Position numbers and translations under genes: made by a program. From the UHGV virus genome UHGV-0060500: a stretch of 52,459 bases of DNA; one strand, given 5' to 3'. The DNA is from a virus. Below are positions 44,272 through 52,459 of this stretch, piece after piece. Within the stretch, counting starts at the first letter, position 1, and each line of letters starts with the position of its first letter. Below the pieces are notes generated by a model. The model was given only the letters and a program-made list of their open reading frames with translations. It had not been told where the DNA came from and ran no database searches.

Positions 44272-44976
44272 ATGCGCAATATTCCGAGAGAAATGATTAT
44301 TGATTCCGTCGATGCCGGAGTCGGCGCGGTAATTGACTTGTTTGAATTAGACCTCACGCCCCTGGGTGGCGAGGTTATCCGCTTCCATTCCGGCGTGAAT
44401 GGCTATTACGGCCCGGTTATCTGGAAGGGGGTGGCTTACAACAGCTACCCTATCGAGGCCACTGGCTTCGAAATGAAAAACGAGGGTGTCTATTCACGCC
44501 CGCAAATGGTTGTAGCCAACATTGGCGGCCTAATCACCGGGATGAATAACGATTTCAACGACCTGCGAGGAATGAAAGTTACACGCCGCCAGGTGGAAGT
44601 AAAATACCTGGACGCCATCAACTTCCCCAACGGCAACCCGGATGCAGATCCGTCTATCGAGGCGGTGTCTTTTTACGTCGTTGAGGCGATGAGCGAAGAA
44701 ACAGCCGACCAGGTGCAATATGAGCTGTCAACGCCAATTGATGCTGACAAGGCGGTTATCCCAGGGCGCACAATCCTTGCTGACGTTTGCCAATGGCAAT
44801 ATCGCGGCGACGGTTGCGGATACAGTGGCGGCCCTGTAGCTACTGATAAAGACGAATCGACCAGCGATCCAAAGCTGGATAAATGCAGCCACCGCCTGAG
44901 CGGTTGCCGTTTACGTTTCCCGCGCCCGAATCCGTTACCAATTTCATGTTTCCCAGGATCGAGCAAGGTGGGTTGA
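44272..44976 (+). CDS. Minor tail protein L (lambda gpL homologue)
   Basis: 234 aa; CQWQYRGDGCGYSG cysteine cluster and overall similarity to lambda L as recalled. Confidence 0.85.
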   Translation: MRNIPREMIIDSVDAGVGAVIDLFELDLTPLGGEVIRFHSGVNGYYGPVIWKGVAYNSYPIEATGFEMKNEGVYSRPQMVVANIGGLITGMNNDFNDLRGMKVTRRQVEVKYLDAINFPNGNPDADPSIEAVSFYVVEAMSEETADQVQYELSTPIDADKAVIPGRTILADVCQWQYRGDGCGYSGGPVATDKDESTSDPKLDKCSHRLSGCRLRFPRPNPLPISCFPGSSKVG

Positions 44977-44978
44977 TT

Positions 44979-45710
44979 ATGGCACTTGAAGATAAAATGA
45001 TTCGCTATGCAGCAGCCCACCCGCGCGAGGAAGTGTGCGGGCTGGTGATAGATAACGATTATTTTTACCCGTGCGCTAACGTGTCTGAAACGCCGCACAA
45101 CAGCTTTAAAATCTCGCCTGACGATTATATCAAAGCTGACGAATTGGGCGTTATAACAGCCGTTTTCCACTCTCACGTTGAAGATATTCCGGTATTGTCG
45201 GCACGGGATCGACAACAGCAGGTTATTTCCGGCCTGCCGTGGTTTTTATGTTCCGGTGGCATGGTGAGGAAATTCCGCCCGGTGGCGCACCTGTTAGGCC
45301 GTAAATTTGAACACGGGAAAACAGATTGCTACTCGCTTTTTCGTGACGCCTATCACCTTTGCGGCGTGGATCTGCCTGACTTTGAACGCCACGATGGGTG
45401 GTGGCTGCGTGGGGAAAACCTGTACATAAAAAACCTGCCATTGAACGGGTTTTTCATGGTTGATGCGCAAAGCATTCAGCCTGGTGACGTGATTATTCGC
45501 CAGCCGTTCAAGGGTGCTGACCCATGTCACGCGATGATTTACCTGGGCGATAACACTGTTTTGCATCATGACAATGCCGGACTGCTAAGCCGCCGCGAGC
45601 AAATGCGGCCCGCGTATGTTCGACAAACGCATTCAATATGGAGATCTGACAAATGCTCAAATTTAGATTTACGGGCAATCTTCGAAGATATTACGGCAAA
45701 GTGTGTTTAA
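44979..45710 (+). CDS. Tail assembly protein K (JAB/MPN plus NlpC/P60 domains)
   Basis: JAMM motif HSHVEDIPVLSARD; NlpC/P60-type Cys in DCYSLFRDAYHLCG; start Met after the L stop. Confidence 0.85.
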   Translation: MALEDKMIRYAAAHPREEVCGLVIDNDYFYPCANVSETPHNSFKISPDDYIKADELGVITAVFHSHVEDIPVLSARDRQQQVISGLPWFLCSGGMVRKFRPVAHLLGRKFEHGKTDCYSLFRDAYHLCGVDLPDFERHDGWWLRGENLYIKNLPLNGFFMVDAQSIQPGDVIIRQPFKGADPCHAMIYLGDNTVLHHDNAGLLSRREQMRPAYVRQTHSIWRSDKCSNLDLRAIFEDITAKCV

Positions 45711-46183
45711 ACGTTGATACGCCAGCACAAGGACTTAGCCTATTGACCGCGCAGAATCAGGAGTTCAAGAAGGCTTTTTTAAATACACCTTTGCGGTTAC
45801 GGATTGCCGGGAAAGATTATAACGAAAAGACGGCCCCGGCAGCGGTTAATAGTAAATACCCTGACGGAACTACCGTCATTATTGCGCCAGTAGTTGAAGG
45901 CGGTATTGCTGGGATTGGTGTTGTAGGCTGGATCCTGATTGGTGTTTCGGTGGTTAGCGTTGCGTTCTCAATCTTTATGTCCCGCAACATGAAGATAAAA
46001 ACATCGGCAGAAAGCGCACAAGATAACACCATAACGAACAACACCTACACCAGCATTGAAAACAAGGTGGGCCAGGGTAGACCAGTGCCAATACTATTAG
46101 GTGAAATGAAAATAGGTTCAAACGTCGGATCGTTAGGCATAGACACAAGCAACAATAGAGACGCCTTAGACGTTGTAAGTTAA
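45653..46183 (+). CDS. Tail assembly protein I-like
   Basis: 176 aa between K and J, hydrophobic central segment; overlaps the K 3' end as in lambda. Confidence 0.6.
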   Translation: MLKFRFTGNLRRYYGKVCLNVDTPAQGLSLLTAQNQEFKKAFLNTPLRLRIAGKDYNEKTAPAAVNSKYPDGTTVIIAPVVEGGIAGIGVVGWILIGVSVVSVAFSIFMSRNMKIKTSAESAQDNTITNNTYTSIENKVGQGRPVPILLGEMKIGSNVGSLGIDTSNNRDALDVVS

Positions 46184-46196
46184 CAGGAGAAAAACC

Positions 46197-49100
46197 ATGA
46201 GTAGCGGCGGCGGCAAAGCCAAAACACCAACATTATTGAACGATAACCTGTATCACAAACAGTTTTATCGTGTTTTAGATATTCTCAGCGAAGGGCCGAT
46301 ATACGGTCCGGTAAACCAGAAAGCGCCATTGAATGACGTGATGCTTAATGACACTCCTGTTACTGACGCAAACGGGAATACATCAATTCCGGGGATTAGT
46401 ATAGCCTGGCGCAACGGCACGGCTGACCAATCGCCGATTAATGGTTTTAACGCCATTGAGTCAACCGTTATTGTCAACGCAAAGGTAACTCACGACACAC
46501 CAATAATCAGGACTGTTTCAGATCCAAACGTTACCCGCGTCAGGTTGAATCTTGGTGTTGATGCTCTCGTTCAGTCAGATGAAAAGGGCAATCAATATAA
46601 TACATCCGTCATGTTGATGGTTGATGTTAAACCGTCATCATCTTCTACGTGGTCGCTGATTAAAGACATACACATTGGCCCTGGTAAACAAAGCGGTGAA
46701 TACCTGGAAGCTCACATCATTAAAGCGCCGGATGAAAAACCGTTTGATATTCGCGTTCGTCGCATAACACCAGACAGCAACGGCGATCTATTGCGGAATG
46801 ATACGCGGTGGAGTAGTTACAGCGAAATAATAGATGATAATCTGTCTTATCCTCATACCGCTGTAGCTGGCGCCGTAATTGACCATGATCAGTATACTGA
46901 TACGCCTACCCGCACCTATCACCTTCGCGGCCTGATTGTTGATGTGCCTGACAACTACAACCCTGAAACGCGCACATATTCAGGTTTATGGCTTGGTGGA
47001 TTTAAAAAGGCGTATACCAATAACCCTGCATGGCTTTTCCGGTATCTGGTTAAAAACGAGCGCTTTGGACTTGCTCGACATGCTGGTTACATTGATGTTG
47101 ATGATGGCGCTTTGTACGTGCTTTCTCAATACTGCGATCAGTTGGTTGATGATGGCTATGGTGGCCTTGAACCTCGCATGACGCTTAACGCTTACATTAC
47201 GGAGCAAATGAGCGCCCGCGACCTACTGGATAACATCGCAGGTATGTTCCGTGGTATCGCGTTATGGGACGGACAACGTCTTACCGTGATGATTGATGCG
47301 CCACAAGATCCAATCGCCACCATCACAAATGCAAACGTCGTTGATGGCGCGTTTACTCGTTCAAGTATCGCACGCGCAGAATGCTACAACGCCGTGATCG
47401 TATCCTGGACTGACCCTGAAAACGGCTGGGAGCAATCAAAAGAATATGTCGCAGATGATAAACTAATCGCCCGTGATGGTTATAACGAAACCACGTTGGA
47501 GGCGTTCGGTTGCACTTCACGCGGGCAAGCGCACCGCGCTGGTAAATGGCTGATCGAAACAGCGAAACGCGAGCCGTCAAAATTCACATTTAAAATGGCC
47601 CGTGACGCCATTCACTTTACGCCGGGGGATATAATCGAGATCCTCGATAATAATCGCGCAGGCGCTCGTTTAGGCGGTCGCATCGTGGCGAACAATGGCA
47701 GAGCGATCACGGTCGACAAGGTTGATTCTGAATATATCGCGGCTGGCGACACCATCAGCTTACTTGATAGCGATGGTAAATTTAAAAAACACCAGATCAT
47801 CGGAGTTAACGGGAACATTATCACCCTTGCAGCCGCCCCGGCGTGGATTCGTAACGGCACTGTTTTTGCTGTATCAACCAACGCAGCAAAACCCGTTTTA
47901 TGTCGAATCACCAGTGTAGCAGAAACAGAAAATAACAGCGTATACACCATCGAGGCCGCACAGCATGATCCACATAAGCAGGCCGTAGTCGATAATGGCG
48001 CAATCTTCGAGATCAATAACGACACGCTTAATCACTTCCGCGTGCCGAACATTGAAAATCTGAAGGTGTTAAACGTTGGATCTGAAACGGTTCAATGTCG
48101 CGCAACATGGGAAACACAGACGACAACGCGTCGCCTGACCTTTGAGATTCGCGTGTATAACGCCGAAGGCGCTGTAGTTAAAAGCTACGAAACCACGAAT
48201 TACAGTTATGATTTTTATGGCATTGATGCTGGCAACTACTCATTAGGCATTCGTGGCAGAAATGACACGGGCATGAAGGGTGCGGAAAGCATTGTCGATC
48301 TGGTTATTGGCGCACCAGCGGCCCCAGTTGGCGTTAATTGGGTTCCCGGTGTATTCCAGGCTACAGTTTACCCGATCAGCAGAACAACGCTCACCACTGA
48401 TACCAGTTACGAGTTTTATTACTCAGGTGAAACGCAGATCACTGATCCGGCATCAATAACCACTAAAGCACAATATACCGGGCGTGGTCATCAGTGGACG
48501 TTTGGCGGCATGAATACAGGTCACACATATTACGTTTATGTGCGCGCGCGTAACGCTTTTGGTGTGTCTGACTTTGTGGAAGCGTCAGGTAAGCCAACAG
48601 AAAACTTTGATGAAATTACCGATTACGTCACCAAAGACGTAATGAATTCCAAACAATTTAAAGAAATGGTTGGTGACATTAAAGATCTAGGCGACCGCAC
48701 TGATCTTATCGAAAGCGCTACGAATGACCTTAAAACTGCTACTGACAACCTCAAAACTGCAACTGATAATCTGACCAACATAACTGACGATTTAAGGACT
48801 GAAACTGACAACCTAACCATAGAAACAGGATCAATAAAAGCTGATACTGATACGCTCAAAAAAGAAACGGAAGATCTTTATAAAAAAGTTAAGGAAAACG
48901 CCGATGATATTGGACAGCATGAGTCGAGAATCGACTCGCTGGAGGTGTCTAGCGAAAAAGTTGGCAGCGAACTGGCGCAAGCAAAAGCAAGTCTGCAAAA
49001 CGCCTCACTTGCTCTTATTAATAACTCGCTTGCACAGACTAACACTCGCGTAACTCTTACCGCTCAGTACAAGAAAGGCAGGACAGAGACGAAAGCGGAA

Positions 49101-51167
49101 ATTGACCGCATTGACAACGTTATCGCTGAAGAGAAAAAAGCGACAGCGGAATCACTGGAAACCATCACGGCAGAAATGAATGTGATGGACACAAACCTTA
49201 AAGGTCAGATCTCTAATGTGCAACGCGCAGTAGCTGACGAGGCCAGCGCCCGCGCTGAAGCTATTAACGGTGTAAATGCCTCAATAAGCAATCTTGACAA
49301 GAAAACTGACGCCAGCGTAAACCGTCTTGATCAGGCAATTGCAGACGAAACAAGTGCGCGTACTCAGGCTATCAGCGACGTGAACGCAAGTATCTCAACA
49401 CTTGACAAGAAAACTGACGCCAGCGTTAAGCGCCTCGATAATGCAATATCAGATGAAACGCAGGCAAGAAGCGACGCAATAACAGTGGTTAAAGCTGATT
49501 TAACAACGCTTGAAAATAACACAAATGCCAGTGTTAGCCGTCTTGATCAAGCTATCGCTGATGAATCAAGCGCACGTGCTCAGGCGATATCAGGTATCAG
49601 CGCGACGCTTGGCGGCGTTAAAAGTGAGGTTGATAAAAACAGCGACGAGATAGATCAGGCGAAAGCAAGTCTGCAAAACGCATCTCTGGCGCTTATTAAT
49701 AACTCAATGGCGCAAAGCAAGATGAGCACTGTTATTGAGGCGAAATACAGGAAAGGACAAACAAAAACAAAAGCGGAAATAGCAAGGGTAGACACAGCAA
49801 TCGCAGATGAGGCGAGCGCACGCGCAGAAGCTATTAGCAACGTTAACGCCAGCGTCAGTAGTCTTGAAAGCAAAACCGACGCGAGCGTTTCCCGTCTTGA
49901 TAAAGCAATCGCAGATGAGGCGAGCGCACGCGCAGAAGCTATTAGCGGGGTTAATGCGTCAATTTCCACGCTCGATAGCAAGGTGACAAGCAACGTAACC
50001 AGGATGGATAAAGCGATCGCAGATGAGAAGAATGCACGCACTGACGCAATCAGCAGCCTTAACTCATCGCTTACCAGTACGATTAATTCGAAAGTATCCG
50101 AAGTGTCAACTGCACTTTCTACGCATGAAACATCAAGCGCGGAAAAATTTGGCCAGATCTCGGCATCTTTCGACGATGTAAACTCAAGCATCACGGAATG
50201 GTCACAGGCTATGGCAACGGCAGACGAGGCATTGTCAACCAGAATCGACCAGTTGAAAGTAACTATTAACGGAAACACAACGGCGATAGAAACGACATCA
50301 AAAGCACTGACTGACTTCAAAGGTAACGTTGATGCGTCATATTCAATTAAGATTGCCACTGATAAAAACGGTATGAAATACGCTACAGGAATGTCGCTCG
50401 GCCTTACTGGTAGCGGGACTAACGTTCAATCGCAGTGTATTTTCCTCGTTGACCGTTTCGTGCTTATGACTGCGGCAGGTGGCTCCTATCAGACCCCGTT
50501 CTATGTTACTAACGGTGCTTGCTACATCCGTGATGCGTGGATCAGAGACGCATCAATCACTACCGCGAAGATTGCGCAGCAAATTCAGTCAACCAACTAT
50601 AAAGCTGGTTCGGCTGGCTGGATGCTAAATAAAAACGGCAATGCGGAGTTCAACAACGTCACTGTACGCGGTACGGTGTACGCAACATCTGGTAAATTCA
50701 CTGGTGAGATTCAGGCCACAAGCGGGAAGTTTAAAGGTACAGTAGAGGCAAAGTCATTTGTCGGTGACGTTGCTAACATGGGGGTTGGTCCAGATCGAGT
50801 GCTTGGGCATAACGGAAGTTATAGCGCAACCATCACATATAAAGACAGCACGGATAATGCATTGACGAAATCAGTTATGCTTATGGCGACTATTTCATTA
50901 ATGTCTGGTGAATATAGATCCACTTATAACGTAACGTTTAGTTGCGGAGATAAAAACAAAACAATTTCATATTACGTGCCTTATGGTGGATGCACATTAA
51001 CAGTGCAATGCGCTTTTTCTGGTTTAAAAGCATCAGATATTATCGGGAAAATATATTGTCCTCAAACATCATCATCTGAAGGATACGCATATTGTACCGC
51101 GTTGTATTCTCCAACAATGATAGTAGCAAGAGGCACCGGATCATTTAGAACATCAACGACAGCATAA
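46197..51167 (+). CDS. Host specificity protein J (central tail fibre / tip attachment protein)
   Basis: 1656 aa; N-terminal two thirds typical of lambda J-like proteins, followed by a long coiled-coil repeat region and a C-terminal receptor-binding region. Confidence 0.85.
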   Translation: MSSGGGKAKTPTLLNDNLYHKQFYRVLDILSEGPIYGPVNQKAPLNDVMLNDTPVTDANGNTSIPGISIAWRNGTADQSPINGFNAIESTVIVNAKVTHDTPIIRTVSDPNVTRVRLNLGVDALVQSDEKGNQYNTSVMLMVDVKPSSSSTWSLIKDIHIGPGKQSGEYLEAHIIKAPDEKPFDIRVRRITPDSNGDLLRNDTRWSSYSEIIDDNLSYPHTAVAGAVIDHDQYTDTPTRTYHLRGLIVDVPDNYNPETRTYSGLWLGGFKKAYTNNPAWLFRYLVKNERFGLARHAGYIDVDDGALYVLSQYCDQLVDDGYGGLEPRMTLNAYITEQMSARDLLDNIAGMFRGIALWDGQRLTVMIDAPQDPIATITNANVVDGAFTRSSIARAECYNAVIVSWTDPENGWEQSKEYVADDKLIARDGYNETTLEAFGCTSRGQAHRAGKWLIETAKREPSKFTFKMARDAIHFTPGDIIEILDNNRAGARLGGRIVANNGRAITVDKVDSEYIAAGDTISLLDSDGKFKKHQIIGVNGNIITLAAAPAWIRNGTVFAVSTNAAKPVLCRITSVAETENNSVYTIEAAQHDPHKQAVVDNGAIFEINNDTLNHFRVPNIENLKVLNVGSETVQCRATWETQTTTRRLTFEIRVYNAEGAVVKSYETTNYSYDFYGIDAGNYSLGIRGRNDTGMKGAESIVDLVIGAPAAPVGVNWVPGVFQATVYPISRTTLTTDTSYEFYYSGETQITDPASITTKAQYTGRGHQWTFGGMNTGHTYYVYVRARNAFGVSDFVEASGKPTENFDEITDYVTKDVMNSKQFKEMVGDIKDLGDRTDLIESATNDLKTATDNLKTATDNLTNITDDLRTETDNLTIETGSIKADTDTLKKETEDLYKKVKENADDIGQHESRIDSLEVSSEKVGSELAQAKASLQNASLALINNSLAQTNTRVTLTAQYKKGRTETKAEIDRIDNVIAEEKKATAESLETITAEMNVMDTNLKGQISNVQRAVADEASARAEAINGVNASISNLDKKTDASVNRLDQAIADETSARTQAISDVNASISTLDKKTDASVKRLDNAISDETQARSDAITVVKADLTTLENNTNASVSRLDQAIADESSARAQAISGISATLGGVKSEVDKNSDEIDQAKASLQNASLALINNSMAQSKMSTVIEAKYRKGQTKTKAEIARVDTAIADEASARAEAISNVNASVSSLESKTDASVSRLDKAIADEASARAEAISGVNASISTLDSKVTSNVTRMDKAIADEKNARTDAISSLNSSLTSTINSKVSEVSTALSTHETSSAEKFGQISASFDDVNSSITEWSQAMATADEALSTRIDQLKVTINGNTTAIETTSKALTDFKGNVDASYSIKIATDKNGMKYATGMSLGLTGSGTNVQSQCIFLVDRFVLMTAAGGSYQTPFYVTNGACYIRDAWIRDASITTAKIAQQIQSTNYKAGSAGWMLNKNGNAEFNNVTVRGTVYATSGKFTGEIQATSGKFKGTVEAKSFVGDVANMGVGPDRVLGHNGSYSATITYKDSTDNALTKSVMLMATISLMSGEYRSTYNVTFSCGDKNKTISYYVPYGGCTLTVQCAFSGLKASDIIGKIYCPQTSSSEGYAYCTALYSPTMIVARGTGSFRTSTTA
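48960..50060 (+). repeat. Nested in-frame repeats within J: duplicated block of about 690 bp (starting near 48963 and 49661) containing repeats of a 34 aa unit
   Basis: Repeated peptide DASV.RLD.AIADE.SARA.AIS.VNASIS.LD.KT and duplicated QAKASLQNASLALINNS...KAEI segments visible in the translation. Confidence 0.7.
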
Positions 51168-51197
51168 AAAACGGGGCATAAGCCCCGTTTTTTTTTA
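51166..51197. terminator. Strong bidirectional rho-independent terminator after J
   Basis: AAAAACGGGGCATAAGCCCCGTTTTTTTTT. Confidence 0.8.
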
Positions 51198-51207
51198 TGC
51201 ATTGTTT

Positions 51208-51453
51208 TTATTTTTTACACCCATCATTTACACCAGAAAAATGGATAGGTAAATTACATTCACTGTCAATAATTTTACCTTGTAGTTGTTTTTCTTTCCA
51301 TGAGTCAGTATTGAAATAACTCGAACGTTGGTTATCAAGGCCAGTATCACCATATTGAGCAGTGCCAGCATCACTCTTATCTGTCGAATTTACAGAAGCA
51401 AAAGCACCAAAAGACAGAGCTGATAAGATGCAAGCAACAATTAGTTTTTTCAT
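51208..51453 (-). CDS. Small secreted protein (about 81 aa, signal peptide), moron downstream of J
   Basis: MKKLIVACILSALSFGAFA signal peptide; SD AAGGTGA; longer ORF-track start to 51510 unlikely. Confidence 0.5.
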   Translation of the reverse strand: MKKLIVACILSALSFGAFASVNSTDKSDAGTAQYGDTGLDNQRSSYFNTDSWKEKQLQGKIIDSECNLPIHFSGVNDGCKK

Positions 51454-51651
51454 TGTATTCACCTTACTGTTTGTTTTACTGTCATTTGTTGTTCGTGATG
51501 ATCCACCCATCCGATGAGCAAATCACCGCAGAAGCTATCATTTCGTATGTTGATATAGATCAAAAAAATACATTATGTATAAGCCCAAAGTGTAACACAG
51601 ATCACAAAATGGTAGAATTGTTTAGTTAATTAACAAAACGGAGTTATTGCG

Positions 51652-52459
51652 ATGATTTACACAACAGGCACTATAGCTGTTAGCGGAAACACAGTTACCG
51701 GGGCAGGGACTGAATTCAACGCCGCATTATCTCTGATCAGAGTGGGTTGCACTCTTATTGCCATTAGCGATCCGGTGCAGATTTTTTCAATCACAAAGGT
51801 AAAAAGCGCAACAAGTTTGTCGGTAACTCCTGCGGCAAGTCCGGCTATTCCGGCTGGAACTAAATTTAGCATCCTGCTTTCAGATTCGATCTCTGTGGAT
51901 GGTCTTGCTCAGGATGTTGCCGAAACACTGCGTTACTACCAGGGCAAAGAATCAGAAATAGCTGACGCTGTGGAGTTTTTCAGCGACAACAAAGATGTGA
52001 TTTCAGCATCAAAATTAGCATTAGCATCAGCTACCACTGCAACCAATGCGGCAACAACAGCGACAAGCGCCGCCGATTCAGCTAAGACATACAGAGACGA
52101 AGCCCACGAATACGCCAATCAGACCGCACAGCCTTACGCGTATGTTTTGCAACCGCTGCCGGACGTATGGATACCGTTTAACGATTCTCTCGATATGATC
52201 ACGGGCTACGGCCCTGGTACTAAAAAAGTAACCATTAATGGGGAAGAAAAAACAATATCATCAGATAAAGTTGTTTCTTTCTCACGCGCAAGCACTGCTA
52301 CTTACATTAACAAATCAGGTGTTTTAACTGTGGCTGGTATTAATGAGCCACGTTTTGAACGCGAAGGATTACTGATTGAGGGGACGCGCACAAACCTGTT
52401 AATAAACAGTACAGACCCTTCGAAGTGGAATAAGTCAACTTCACTGGACGTTACAGAAA
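51652..52459 (+). CDS. Putative tail fibre protein (5' part; continues beyond window)
   Basis: Open frame from the ATG at 51652 (SD AACGGAG) to the window end with no stop; Ala/Thr/Ser-rich repeats typical of fibre shafts; location after J. Confidence 0.5.
   Translation, partial: MIYTTGTIAVSGNTVTGAGTEFNAALSLIRVGCTLIAISDPVQIFSITKVKSATSLSVTPAASPAIPAGTKFSILLSDSISVDGLAQDVAETLRYYQGKESEIADAVEFFSDNKDVISASKLALASATTATNAATTATSAADSAKTYRDEAHEYANQTAQPYAYVLQPLPDVWIPFNDSLDMITGYGPGTKKVTINGEEKTISSDKVVSFSRASTATYINKSGVLTVAGINEPRFEREGLLIEGTRTNLLINSTDPSKWNKSTSLDVTE

Larger units (their letters stand above)
1..52459. mobile_element. Prophage segment (temperate siphovirus with lambda-like tail genes); left end near integrase, right end beyond window
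   Basis: Continuous phage gene content: integrase, repressor, replication, recombination, lysis, terminase, portal, capsid, tape measure, M/L/K/I/J tail genes; last ORF runs off the window. Confidence 0.9.

Noticed and set aside
49655-50359. 234 aa minus-strand ORF within J
   Set aside because: Antisense ORF created by the Ala/Ser-rich repeat region of J; low complexity and no start signal.

Overview
The window is one contiguous stretch of a temperate, lambda-like siphovirus prophage of an enterobacterial-type host (about 50% GC). Its right end is not reached, because the final tail-fibre ORF runs off the window. All identifications come from reading the six-frame translations and DNA by eye and from remembered family motifs; no database search was run. 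Layout, left to right: a P4-type tyrosine integrase (243-1433, +) with an AlpA-like gene; a minus-strand replication operon running from the immunity region towards int (O-like initiator with internal ori iterons, an AT-rich nuclease-like moron, an HTH-metallophosphoesterase protein, a DnaB-type helicase, NinB); a cI-like HTH/S24 repressor (9691-10338, +); then a long plus-strand operon with an N-like Arg-rich protein, Erf, SSB, about 40 small ORFs of unknown function, a Dam methylase, a membrane protein, a C5-methylase-like protein, NinG, RusA and a Q-like zinc-finger protein; a pinholin/SAR-endolysin/Rz/Rz1 lysis cassette; an HExxH protein; TerS, TerL, portal, head genes and major capsid protein; and a lambda-type tail (major tail, tape measure, M, L, K, I, J) with three antisense moron cassettes inserted in it. 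The most unusual items are (1) a tandem array of seven translationally coupled micro-ORFs (16-27 aa single-helix hydrophobic peptides) between the HExxH gene and terS, and (2) a 13-bp motif GTTTACAAAATGG / TTATACAAAATGG recurring at many intergenic junctions, sometimes as perfect inverted pairs. Functions for the morons and micro-ORFs are hypotheses only.
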